From: Okamejei kenojei | Taxonomy: Eukaryota | DNA: 64,000 nt | Assembly: GCA_035221665.1 (NCBI GenBank) | Contig: CM069160.1 | Location: 15,376,001-15,440,000, forward strand | Direction: 5' to 3' | Part shown: piece after piece, positions 39,267 through 52,439 of the stretch | Layout of the letters: each line of letters starts with the position of its first letter | How positions within the stretch are numbered: the stretch's first letter is position 1 | Position numbers and translations under genes: made by a program | Notes under the pieces: generated by a model | The model's input: only the letters and a program-made list of their open reading frames with translations | Told to the model about the DNA's origin: nothing | Databases searched by the model: none

Positions 39267-40239
39267 GTGGGGGATGATGAGTTTGGAGTGAGTTGTTTAT
39301 TTATCTACGCTTTTACTGTCTGGAGTCAAGGGGTCCTGCAGCATGGAAACAGTCCCTTGGGCACAGCTTGCCCATGCTGACCCATGATGACCAATCTACA
39401 CTAGTCCCACCTGCCCGTGCGCTTAGCCCATATGCCTCCAAACCAGGGGTCATAGAAACATAGAAACATAGAAAATAGGTGCAGGAGTAGGCCATTCGGC
39501 CCTTCAAGCCTGCACCGCCATTCAATGTGATCATGGCTGATCATCCAACCTCAGTATCCTGTACCTGCCTTCTCTCCATACCCCCTGATCCCTTTAGCCA
39601 CCAAGGGCCACATCTAACTCCCTCTTAAATACAGCCAATGGAACTGGCCTCAACCTTCTGAGGCAGAGAATTCCACAGACTCACCACTCTCTATGTGAAC
39701 AAAAAAATTTATCATCTCGGCCCTAAAAGACTTCCCCCTTATCCTTAAACTGTGACCCCGTGTTCTGGACATCCCCAACATCGGGAACAATCTTCCTGCA
39801 TCTAGCCTGTGCAACCCCTTAAGAATTTTTTTGTAAGTTTCTATAAGATCCCCCTCAATCTTCTAAATTTCTAGCGAGTACAAGTCGAGTCTATCCAGTC
39901 TTTCTTCATATGGAAGTCCTGCCATCCCAGGAATCAGTCTGGTGAACCATCTCTGTACTCCCTCAATGGCAAAAATGTCTTTCCTCAGATTAGGAGACCA
40001 AAACTGTACGCAATACTCCAGGTGTGGTCTCCACAAGGCCCTGTACAAACTGCAGTTAGAACCTCCCTGCTCCTATACTCAAATCCTTTTGCTAGAAAGC
40101 TAACATAACCATTCGCTTTCTTCACTGCCTGCTTTGCACCTCTGCATGCCTACTTTCAATGACTGGTGTACCATGACACCCAGTTGCATCTCCCCTTTTC
40201 CTAATCGGCCACCATTCAGATAATAGTCTACTTTTCCTA

Positions 40240-40730
40240 CAGCCCCGGGCTGAATGCGGCCCGTAACCCGATATTACCCCGGCCCGCAGGCGGATTTTGT
40301 GCCGTAATTATCCGTCCCGCATTACCTCCATCATCTCCGGTACCTGCCGGGCCTGATGCACGGTGACGCCAGGAGGCCTACGCTGGTGGTCGCGATGGCG
40401 GAGCAGCCGAGCGGTGACTGTACCGCATCCTGCGCAAAGCCGCCAGCCCGGGCACCCTCTGTGTCTGGGCTTCACTGTCAGTAGGCCGGGATTGTCAGTA
40501 GGGCCGGGGACAAGTGAGTGTGAGTATTTGAGCCACCGCCCTTTCAGGACAGAGCCAATGCAATGGGCCGTGGGTGCGCCGTGTTGGTGAGCGACGGTAA
40601 CCAGTGGCCAGCGCTCCGGGTGGCGTCCTGGGTGGGATCCATGTGAGCACGTGATAGATGTGGCCCGCCATCCGCTCACAGGCATGCGTCCGCCCCCTAC
40701 GCAGACCAAGGTTGTCCACCCCTGTTCTAA
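40240..40730. mobile_element. Possible hAT-type non-autonomous element fragment
   Basis: GC-rich, starts with gcggcccg/ggcccgc motifs and ends aaggttgtccacccctg (reverse complement caggggtggacaacctt, a hAT-like terminus); other terminus not found. Confidence 0.4.
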
Positions 40731-41772
40731 ACCTTGCCTATCCATCTAAGGGGCCTCGACCCGAAACGTCGCCCATTCCTTCTCTCCAGAGATGCTGCCT
40801 GTCCCGCTGAGTCACTCCAGCATTTTGTGCCTATGCTCGCTTTAAGCCAGCATCTGCAGTTATAGAGTCATAGAGTGATACAGAGTGGAAACAGGCCCTT
40901 CGGCCCACCTTGCCCACACCGGCCACCAATGTCCCAGCTGCTCTAGTCTCACCTGCTTGCGCTTGGCACATAACCCTCCAAACCTGTCCTATCCATGTAC
41001 ACGTCCAAGTGTTTCCTAAACGATTGGAGAGACCCAGCCTCAACTACCTCCTCCGGCAGCTCGTTCCATACACCCACCACCCTCTGTGTGTAAAAGCTAC
41101 CCTCGGATTCCTATGAAATCTTTTCCCTTCACCTTGAACCTAGGTCCTCTGGTCCCTCGATTCCCCTACTCTGGATAAAATATTCTGTGCATCAACCGAT
41201 CTATTCCTCTCGTGTCACCCTGTCCAAATGACTTTTAAGTGTTGTTTAGTAACCCAACCTGCCTCAACTACCTCCCTGGCAACTCGTTCCATACACCCAG
41301 AGTAACAGCGTCTAGATAACGGTCCACTGGTACATCCCAAGCTAAGCTTACCCCGTGCACTGGTTTAGTTTTAGAGATTACAGTTTTCAGCCCACCAGGT
41401 CCGCATCGACCAGCGATCCCCTGCACATTAACACTAACCCACACCCACCAGGACAATTCTTACATTCAAACCAAGCCAATTAACCCACAAACCTGCACGT
41501 CTTTTGAGTGGGGGGAGGAAACCGAAGATCGCGGAGAAAAACCCGCGCAGGTCACGGGGAGAACGTGCAAACTCCGCACAGACAGCGCCCGTGGTCGGGA
41601 TCGAGTGCCCGGGTCTCCTGCGCCGTGAGGCAGCAACTCTAACCGCTGCGCCATCGCGCGCCGCCCTTAAAGTAGGAATGGCAGAAGTAGAGTTTAGAAA
41701 GTTAAAGTTAGAATGGCACCGAGCCAGAGCCCATCTTCTCATTAACCCCGAGTTTACCTCTTTGCACTGCAG

Positions 41773-41811
41773 GCATAAAGAATGACGGATATGATGAGCT
41801 GAACGTGACGG
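41773..41811 (+). CDS. Candidate cytoplasmic exon, IKNDGYDELNVT (YxxL)
   Basis: tttacctctttgcactgcag | 39 nt | gtaaga; only the phase-1 frame is open. Confidence 0.65.
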
Positions 41812-44800
41812 GTAAGAACCACAAGGAACAAAGCGCATGCAGCGGACACACAGCCTAAAGAGCCGCAATCGACAACAGGTGCAGGATCAGGCCATTCAGC
41901 CCTTCTAGCCAGCACCGCCATTCAATGCGATCATGGCTGATCATTCCCCAATCAGTACCCCGTTCCTGCCTTCTCCCCGTATCCCCTGACTCCGCTATCT
42001 TTAAGAGGCCTATCCAGCTCTCTCTTGAAAGCATCCAGAGAACCGGCCTCCACCGCCCTCTGAGGCAGAGAATTCCACAGACTCACCACTCTCTGTGAGA
42101 AAAAGTGTTTCCTCGTCTCCGTTCTAAAATGGCTTACCCCTTATTCTTAAACTGTGTGTGTGTGTGGCCCCTGGTTCTGGACTCCCCCCAACATCGGGGA
42201 ACATGTTTCCTGCCTCTAGCGTGTCCAAGCCCTTAAAAATCTTATATGTTTCAATGAGATCCCCTCTCATCCTTCTAAACTCCAGAGTGTACAAGCCCAG
42301 CCGCTCCATTCTCTCAGCATACGATAGTCCCGCCATCCCGGGAATTAACCTTGTAAACCTACGCTGCACTCCCTCAATAGCAAGAATGTCCTTGCCTCAA
42401 ATTAGGGGACCAAAACTGCACACAATACTCCATGTGTGGTCTCACTGGGGCTCTGATAATAACTGCAGAAGGACCTCTTTGCTCCTAGAATCTGATTCGT
42501 GCTTGTTCTAAAGGCCAAAATGCCATTCGCTTTCTTCACTGCCTGCTGTACCTGCATGCATACTTTCATAGACAAGAACCCCCAGATCCTGTTGTTGTAC
42601 TTCCCCTTTTCCCAACTTGAGAGACGCCATTTAGATAGTAATCTGCTTCCTGTTTTTGCTACCAAAGTGGATAACCTCACATTTATTCCGCATTAAACTT
42701 CATCTGCCATGCATCTGCCCCACTCCCCCAACCTGTCCAAGTCACCCTGCATTCTCATAGCATCCTCCTCACAGTTCACACTGCCACTGAGGTAGGTCCA
42801 GCTTTGTGTCATCTGCAAATTTGCTAATGGCCAAACCCCTTATTCGTAAACTGTGGCCCCTGGTTCTGGACTCTCCCGACATCGGGAACATGTTTCCTGC
42901 TCTAGCGTGTCCAACCCTTAACAATCTTTATATGTTTTCCTCTTAGACTCCAGAACTCCAATAAGTCCTTCTCAGTGCAAAACAGTGTGCCATTCTGGCT
43001 CAAGATCATAGATAGGTCCCCGCCATCAGGGTGCCCCCCTTAAAGACCTTAACTTGTGTAAACCTATACGCTGCACTCCCTCAGCAAGATGACAAAACGT
43101 CCACCTTAAGGGGGCCAAAACGCACAACAAACTCAGGGTGTGGTCTAGGCATGCAGGTTAGGGCCATGAGCTGTACACAACTGCCAGGGTCTTGGGAGGA
43201 CCTCTTCCTCTCCTGTAAGGCTCTCTCTCCCTGATCCACAGCAAAAAACGGCCTGAACCCGGAAGAAAACTAGATCAATGACCGGATAAGTCACCAGAAG
43301 AGATCTACTGGAACTCTCTTTAGTTGTCCAAGAGTTTATGTCGGGGGATCAGGAGGTGCTGAGGGTAGAGAGAGGGGTGAAAAATGTAAAGGGGGCTATG
43401 AGAGGCATGCTTTTCCCCACTGAGGCTGGGTGTATGGAATGAGCTGCCAGAGGAGGTGTAGATTCTCCATAGGGGGCGCCGTGATATAGAAACATAGAAA
43501 ACATAGGCAATAGGTGCAGGAGTAAGGCCATTCGGCCCTTCGAGCCTGCACGCCATTCAATTTAAGATCATGGCTATATCATCCAACTCAGTATCCCTGT
43601 ACCTGCCTTCTCTCCATACCCCATGATCGTTCCCTTTAGCCACAAAGGCCCACATCTAACTCCCTCTTAAATATAGCCAACGAACTGGCCTCCAACTACC
43701 TTCTGTGGCAGTGAATTCCACAGATTCACCCTCTCTGTGTGAAAAACTCTCTGTTTTTCTCAACTCGGTCCGAAAGACTTCACCCTTATCCTCAACTGTG
43801 TGACCCCTTAGTTCTGGAACCCCCTTAGCCTGTCCAACCCTTAAGTATTTAGTAAGTTCTATAAGATCCCCCCTCAATCTTCTAAATTCTGATGGCAGAC
43901 GGTCTGTCTGTTTTTGTAATTTTTTTTTGTTATTTTTCGTCTGTTTAAAAAAAAGTAGTTTGTTTTGGAGATTTCTCAGTATTTTTATGTGGGGGAGGGG
44001 TAGGGTTGTTAGGGGGAAACTTTTCCCATACACTTCCTGGCGAGGATGCGACTATTCTCCGAGCCTCGGCCCTCGCTCCCCCCCCCCCCCCTTGTTGCGG
44101 CCTAACCTGGATTAGTGCGGCCTTTCCTGCCGGGGACCAGGACCTGGACCAGAGCTTCAAGCATCGAGGAGCCCTGGACCCCTTTGCCGAGTGGACCGCC
44201 AGTGTGAATCTCCGCCCGGCTCGGCCTGTGGACTTCGGGACCCGAGGTCTCCGGTAAGAAGTGGCCGACTTGGAAGTCCTGTGAGCCGCGCTGAGAATGT
44301 TTTTTTCGTTCCGACGTCTGGATTCCCATCATCCCGGCGGAGAGGGCCTGAGCATCGGGACTCCCACAGCGGCGACTGCGGAGGCCTCAGTAGGCCCCGA
44401 CCACGCGGGTGAAGATTGTTTAAGGGCTTTGGACACGCTAGAGGCAGGAAACATGTTCCCGGTTGATGGTGGAGTCAGAACAGGGGCCACACACACAGTT
44501 TTCAAGAAATAAGGAGTAAGTCATTAGAACGGAGGAGACGAGGAAACACTTTTTCTCACAGAGAGTGGTGAGTCTGTGGAATTCTCTGCCTCAGTGGAGG
44601 CCGGTTCTCTGGATGCTTTCAAGAGAGAGCTAGATAGAGCTCTTAAAGAAAGCGGAGTCAGGAGATATGGGGAGAAGGCAGGAACGGGGTACTGATTGGG
44701 GATGATCAGCCACGATCACATTGAATGGTGGTGCTGGCTCGAAGGCCTACTTCTGCACCTATTGGCTATTGTCTATTGTAACAAGAGGAAGAGGACTGAA

Positions 44801-45026
44801 CTTTGGTGCCTTCCCTCACAGTGGGGAAACGTTGAATCCGCTGTGTGGGGATTTTCATGTTAAATTCTATCGTGAGTTGTGTTCTTTTTATTCGCATGGC
44901 TTTCTGGTGACTCAAATCTCAATTTACCAATGTGACAATAGATTGAAACTTGAAACTTGAAACTAGATGTGAATACAACAGTGGGTCATCAGGGAGAGAT
45001 TGTGGATGAGGTCTGTATTCCCTCAG

Positions 45027-45079
45027 AACGAGAAGAACGGAACATTTTTTGATGAAGCCCTCATAAATGCATCAACATG
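45027..45079 (+). CDS. Candidate cytoplasmic exon
   Basis: tctgtattccctcag | 53 nt | gtggga, in a unique island; needs one indel in the T6 run to continue from phase 1 (EREERNIFDEALINAST). Confidence 0.35.
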
Positions 45080-47424
45080 GTGGGAGGAAACTGAGCGCCA
45101 GAGAAACCACAGGAAGACAGCACCCGCAATCAGGATCGAACAGGGCCCTCTGGCGCTGTACCGGCTACCCAACCATAGAAACATAGAAAAAAGGTGAGCA
45201 GGAGGCCCATATGCGGCCCTCGGCCAGCAATCGCCTTTCAATATGATTCATGGCCGCTCATCTAAAATCAGTACCCCGTTCCTGCTTTTTTTTTTCCCCA
45301 CCATAATTCGCTATGATGATTCTGTTGCCCTTAAATTCTAAATAAGACAATGGGTTGCAGAGGAGGCCCATTCGGGCCCTTCGAACAAGCACCACTATTC
45401 AATTTGATCAGGGCTGATACATCCCCAATCAGTAACCCGTTCCTGCCTTCACTATCTACCCCATTCAACCTATATAGAGAGAGTTTAATAGAGCTCTCGG
45501 GGCTGGTGGAAATCAAGGAGAAGGGAGAAGGCTGGCAGCGGGTATTTGTTTTTGGGGACCGAAATCCAAAGAAGCCCCCCCCCCCCCAATTGGGGGATCA
45601 GCATGGACACCATGAATGCATGCTGGCTCGAAGGACCGAATGGCCTCCTCCTGCACCTGTTTTCTATGTTTCTATCCCCTGGACTCCGCATCTTTAAGAG
45701 CCCTATCTCGCTCTCTATTGAAAGTATCCCAGAGAACCGGCCTCCCACCGCCACTCCGAGCAGAGAATTCCACAGAGTCACAACTCTCGCTGTGTGAAAA
45801 TGTGTTTCTTCGTCTCCAATCTAGATGTGGCTTACCCTTATTCTAAAATTGTATGGCCCTTGGTTTCTGGACTCTCCCCCCAAAATTCTAACTCTCTCTT
45901 GAAAACATCCAGTGAATTGGGCCTGCCACGCTTCTGTGGCAGAGAATTCCACAGATTCGCAACTCTCTGGGTGAAAAGGGTTTTTCCTCATCTCGGTTCT
46001 AAATGCCTGCCCCTTATTCTTTTATCTGTGACCTGGTATTTGGACTCCCCCCCCCAACATCGGGAACATTTTCCTGCATCTAGCTGACCGAAATCCTTTA
46101 AGAATTTTTATATGTTTCTATAAGATATCCTCCTCATCCTATATTCCAGTGATACAAGCCCAGTCAACCCATTCTTTCTCATATGACTTTCTGTCATCCC
46201 GAGCATTAACCTGGTGAACCACGTGGGCTACGCCCGAAGTATGCTTGGGTATCTGTTTTTCACCAACTGGTCCTGGCTTTGCTGCTTAATCGGATTAGAT
46301 AGTCAATTAACAATTAGGTGCGAAGTAAGTATGGCCATTCGACCCTTCGAGCCAGCACCGCCATACATGTGCATCATGGGCTGATCATCCCAATCAGTAC
46401 CCCGTTTACCTGCCCCTTCTCACCCATATCCCTGACTCCGCTATCTTTAAGAGCCCTATCCAGCTCTCTATTGAAAGTATCCAGTGAACTCGGGACCTCC
46501 ACGCCCTCTGAGGCAGAGAATTCCACCAACTCACAAATCTCTGTGTGTGAAAAAGTGATTCCTCATCTCCGTTCTAAATGGCCGACCCCTTATTCTTAAC
46601 TGTGTCCCCATTGGTTCTGACTCCCCCAAATCAAACTCTCTCTTGAAAACGTCCAGTGAATCGGCCTCCACCGCCTTCCTGTGGCAGAGAATTCCACTGA
46701 TTCGCAACTCTCCTGGGTGAAAAAAGCTTTTCATCATCTCAGTCCTAAATGCCTACCCCTCATTCTTAAACAGTGTGCCCCTCGGTTCCAGACTCCCCCA
46801 ACATGGGAACATTTTTTTCGGCTGCGTCTAGCCTGTCGAATCCTGAATGTGTCAATAAGAACTCCCTTCAATCCTTCTAGAGTCCAGTGAATACCAGTCG
46901 ACCCATTCTTTCATCATTTGTCAGTCCCGCATCCCGGGAATTAACTTTGTAAACCTACGCTGCACTCCCTCAATAGCAAGACTTCCTTCCTCAATTTAGG
47001 GGACCAAAACTGCACTCAATACACCAGTGTGGTCTCAAAACAAGAAATTCCTCCTCAACATTAGGGGGACCAAACTGCGCACAATACTCCAGGGGTGTGG
47101 TCTCAATATGCAAGAAAGTCCTTCTCAAATTAGGGGACCAAAACTGCACACAATACTCCAGGTGTGTCTCAATAGCAAGAATTTTCCATCCTCAAATTAG
47201 GGACCAAAACTGCACACAATACCCAGGTTGTGGTCTCAATAGCAAGAATGTCCTTCCTCAAATTAGGGGACCAAAACTGCGCACAATACTCCAGGTGTGG
47301 GTGAGAGTCCAAAAGGCCCACCAGGGCGCTGACGATGGCAGCCTCACCAACAGTCCTGTCGTTGTTCGTCATTTTTTTGTTACGTTCTTAGTGTGTTTTA
47401 ACTCTTCAATCTTGATATCTCTAG

Positions 47425-47690
47425 CTGGGGTACGAATGGGCAGAGAACCACCATTAACGAGATAATGGACCAGGACAAGCAGCCAGACCGTGTCACTGGG
47501 CAGGTTCGTTCAGTCATGAGCCTTCGCTTTGTATCCGTTCCATTGATAGGGATCCTTGACGTGCCCGAATTAGATCAAAAACGCTCCACTACCCAAATGA
47601 GACGTTGTTAGTAGACAAGAACTTTGCCTTAGCCCGAAGTCCGAGCACCAAGTACTAGTGCATAGTTCAAATAAATTCCTAGCGCAGGAA
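47425..47690 (+). CDS. Candidate terminal exon (coding end plus 3' UTR) of the receptor
   Basis: Unique island after cttgatatctctag, with AATAAA at 47670-47675; reading frame uncertain. Confidence 0.3.
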
Positions 47691-50600
47691 TTGGGCTGTC
47701 GACCCATTGAGTCGACTCCATCAATTCAATAATGGCTGATCTGTCTTTACCCTCTCACCCTATTCTCCCGCCTTCTCCCCCATTAATCTTTGATACCCTT
47801 TATTATCTTAAAACATCTCTCAATCTCTGCTTTAAAATTAAATCCAATGACTGGCCTCTGCTTGGGCAATCACTCCACCAGATTCCATCACCCTCCGGCT
47901 GAGGAAATTCCTTCTTCATCTTTCTGAAGTACATCCTCTTATTCTGAGTCTGTGGCCTCTGCTCTTGGACTCTCAAACCAGTGGAAACATCCTCATCCAC
48001 ATCCACTCTATCCAGGCCATAGAGGACAGATTTTGTAAGATTCAATGAGGTCCCCCCCCCCCTTTCACCTTCTTAACTCCAGCGAGTACAGGCCCAGGTG
48101 AGCCGGCAAACGCTCATCATAGAGTAGTTAACCCACTCTATCCTGGGCATCATTCTCGTAAACCTCCTCTGGACCCTCTCCAGAGCCGGCATTCCTTCCT
48201 CAGGTGGGCCGATGACAATGCAGTCTCGCCAACAGACAATGATGTGCAGGAGTAGCCATTCGCCCCTTCGAACCAGCACCACCACTCACTGCGATCATGG
48301 CTTGATCATCCCCAATCAGTACCCGTTCATGCCTTTTCCCCATAACCCCCTGAACTCCGCTATCTGTAAGAGCTCTGTCTAGCTCTCTCATGAAAGCATC
48401 CAGATAACCGCCTCCACCGCCCTCTAGCAGAGAATTCCGATCTGGACTCACAACTCTCTGTGATTAAAAAGAGATTCCCTCATCTCCTTACACATTATTC
48501 TTAAACTGTGGAGACCCCTGGTTCTGACTCCCCCAACATCGGGAGTCATGTGTTCACTGCCTCTAGCGTTCCAAAACCCTTAATTAATCCTTATATGTTT
48601 TTCCTTAAATACCCCTCATCCTTCTAAATTCCCAGACTAATTCCCGCTCCCATTTCTCTCAGCATAAGACAGTTCCCCGCCATCCGGGAATTAACCTTGT
48701 AAACCTACGCTGCACTCCCTCAATAGCAAGAAGTCCTTCCTTCAAATTGGGAGACCAAAACTGCACACAATAATCCCAGGTGTGGACTCACTAGGGCCCT
48801 GTACTACTGCAGAAGGACCTCTTTGCTCCTATAACTCACTCCCTTGTTTATGAAGGCCAACAGTCCCTGCCTTTTAGTCTTTTTTGTTATTTTTAGTGTG
48901 TTTTTAAAAGTTTTTTTATTTGGGGGAGGTGGTGGTGGTTGGGGGAAGGGGGAAACCTTTTTTGAACCACTCTGACCCAGGGTCCGATCGCCCGGCGCGG
49001 GGGAGCTGAGATCCGGGATCTTGATGACCCGGAGCAGGAGGGCCCGACCGCCGGCTAAGGAAGTCAAGATCTCCCGTCAACCGAAGCTAGAGGCCCTCGA
49101 ACCGCGGGAGAACAAAGAAGGAATAAGATTGAACTTTTATTTTCGCTTTCATCACAGTGAGGAATGCCGAGGAGTCAACTGTGTTGGATGTTTATGTTAA
49201 AATGTTTTTGTGTGTCTTGTTGCTTTTTATTGGTGTATAAGACTGTATGCAAATCAAATTCCTCATCTGTTGAAAAACATACTTGGCTAATAAAGTATCG
49301 ATTAAGATGAAAACGGCTCACAATACTCCAAAAGCAGTCTGACCAGGGGGGCCCCCCCCCAAAAAAAAAATAAAGCCTCAGCATTACAACATCCCATGTT
49401 TTTTATATTCGTTTCCACTTCAAATAAATGCGAACATTGCATTTGCCTCCATTACTAACAATAGACAATAGGTGCAGAGTGGCCATTCGCCTTCGAAGCC
49501 AGTCAAGTTAAGAGAATTCAATGTGATCCAAGCTGCTCATCTCCCCAATCGAGTATCCCTTCCTGCCTCTCCCCATATCCCCTGACTTCCGCTCACTTTA
49601 AGAGCCCTATTTTAACTTCTCTCTTGAAACATCCAGAGCACCGGCCTCCACCGCCCTCTGAGGCAGAGAATTTCACAGACTCACAACTCCTGAAAAGTGT
49701 TTCCTCATCTCTGTTCTTCTAAATGGCTTACCTACCCCTTATTATCTTAAACTGTGGTCCCCTGTTTCGGACTTCCCCAATCATCGGGAACATGTTTCCT
49801 GCCTCTTAGCATGTCCAAACCCTTAATAATCTTATATGTTTCAATAAGATCCCCTCTCATCCTTCTAAACTCCAGACTATACAAGCCCAGCCGCTCCATT
49901 CCTCAGCATATGACAATCCCGCCATCCTGAATTAATCTTGTAAACCTACGCTGCACTGACCCTCAATAGCAAGAAATGTCCTCCTCAAATATGAGAACAA
50001 CACGTGCACACAATACTCCAGGTGTGGTCTCACTAAGCCCTGTGCAACGCAGAAGGAGATATTTGCTCCTATACACAACTCCTCTCTTATGAAGCCAACA
50101 TGCCATTCGCATTTTCTTCACTGCCTGCTGTACCTGCATGCTTTACTTTCATTGACTGATGTACAAGGTACCCCCCCAGAATCCCGTTTACTTCCCCTCG
50201 TTCCCAACCTTGACACCTATTTGGATAATATTCTGCCTTCCTGGGTGTGGTTCTTTGGTTTTCCCCCCAACACTCCAAAGACGTTCATGTTTGTAGGTTA
50301 ATTGGCTTGGTCAAATATAAAAATTGTCCTAGTGGGTGTAGGATAGTGTTAACGTGCGGGGATCGCTGGTGGGCGCAGGCGCCTGTTTCTGCGCTGTATC
50401 TCTAAACTAAAATATGATACATCACAAGAAACGGGCCCATCGGCCCACCAACTCCGTGCCAACACCCCATACACTAGCACCAACCTACACATGAGGGACT
50501 ATTTTACAACTCACCCTAGCCAATTAACCTACAGATCTGCACGTCTTTGGGATGTGTGGGAGGAAACCGGAGCACCCGGAGGAAACCCACACTCGGTCAC

Positions 50601-50858
50601 AGGGAGAATGTACAGTTCAAACTCCATACAGTCCGGATCGAACCCGGGTCTCTGGCACTTTTGAAGGCAAGCAACTCGACCACTGCGCTATTATACTGCC
50701 CTTGGAAAATAGATGTGCATTCACCCTATCTATACCCCTCGTGATCTTCTACACCTCGGTAGGGTCACACCTCACGCTCTTGCACGAGAAGCAACTAAGT
50801 GCATTTTTAAAAACTTGTGCAAAGAAACCCACAGCAGCTGAGAACGTTCAATTCAACT

Positions 50859-50948
50859 TTTATTAACAATTAGCACGATATCGTTGCATATATTACAAAA
50901 GAAATATTAAGAGTCAATAAATTAGTCACATCAATAAATAAATAAATA
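50859..50948 (-). promoter_or_regulatory. Candidate polyA signal and AU-rich element of the TRAF 3' UTR (duplicated at 56991-57080)
   Basis: Minus-strand AATAAA at 50859-50864, preceded by tatttatttatttatt at about 50933-50948, in unique AT-rich sequence. Confidence 0.4.
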
Positions 50949-52439
50949 GAACCTGGTTTAATAAGGATTAAAGTGCAGTGAACAGGTTGGTAGAGTGCAA
51001 ATATTGTGCAATGGCTGCTGAGAAAGTGCAGATGTTTTTTTAAAAGTGCGCAGGCAATGCGAGGTAGATTGGAAGATCCGGACATTCGCCCCGACGGATG
51101 AGACGGCCACACCTGACAATCTCACAACAGGAGGGAAGAATCTGTTTCCCGAATCTATCAACGTGCTGTCAGGCTTTGTCCGAGCTGGAGAGGGGGAAGA
51201 AGCGGGAATGGACCGGGGTGGGAGCTGTCCTGGAGGGTAAGCATGTTCATTTTGTGATTCTGAGGCACTATTTGGTCTTGCGATTGAGGCAGTGCAGCGG
51301 AGGTTCACCAGATTGATCCCTGGGATGGCGGGACTGTCATATGAGGAAAGATTGAAAAGACTAGCCTTGTATTCACTGGAGTTTAGAAGGATGAGTGGGA
51401 GGAACGATCTTATAGAAACCGGAGCACCCGGAGAAAACCCACACGGTCTGTAAATATGTGTATGGTGTTACAATGAGGTATTGCTATTGTCTATTGAGAA
51501 GCAAACAGTTATGTTCATATTTTCCCAATCTTATTTAAAAAAAACTTCAGCAGCGATATATTTTAACCGCCACTGTACTCAAAATAGTTTGATAGGTTAA
51601 AAAAATAAGTTAGATACAAATTAAGCATTCTTCTACACTGTATATACACACACGTATTGAAAAACATATAACATTATTAAGGGTTTGGACACGCTTAGAG
51701 GCAGGAAACATGTTCCGATGTTTGGGGGAGTCCAGAACTCCCAGGGGCCACACATTTAAGAATAAGGGGTTAGGCCATTTAGAACGGAGATGAGGAAACA
51801 CATTTTCTCACAGACTGAGAGTTGTGAGTCTGTGGAATTCTCTGCCTCAGAGGGCGGTGGAGGCCGGTTCTCTGGATACTTTCAAGAGAGCTAGATGGGG
51901 GCGGAGTCAGGCGATATGGGGAGATGGCAGGAAGGGGGTACTAATTGGGGATGATCAGCCATGATCATATTGAATGGCGGTGCTGGCTCGAAGGGCCGAA
52001 TGGCCTACTCCTGCACCTATTGTCTATTGATCACATTGAATGGCGGTGCTGGCTTAAAGGGCCGAATGGCCTACTCCTGCACCTATTGTCTATTGATCAC
52101 ATTGAATGGCGGTGCTGGCTTAAAGGGCCGAATGGCCTACTCCTGCACCTGTTGTTCACAAGGAATAGCTGTGCTGGCTCGAAGGGCCGAATGACCTACT
52201 CCTGCACCCATCGTCTGTGTACACACACACACAAACACAAAAACACTCAGAGTGAAAGGCCCATCGGGAGCCACTGCCCTCGTTACAATTCTCATAGAGC
52301 AGGGATGGCACAGAATGCCATCGAGTCGACTCTCCTGGAGAAGTGGCGGAGGGTTCAGTTCGAGATGCCCCCCACACCGACCCGCCAAAACGCCCTACGG
52401 AAGTGACGGCAGGGGCTGGTCCCCACAAGTCTCAAGCAA

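Noticed and set aside
51945-52194. Protein with 22-aa repeats (DHIEWRCWL...)
   Set aside because: 66-bp tandem copies of the CR1 3' UTR
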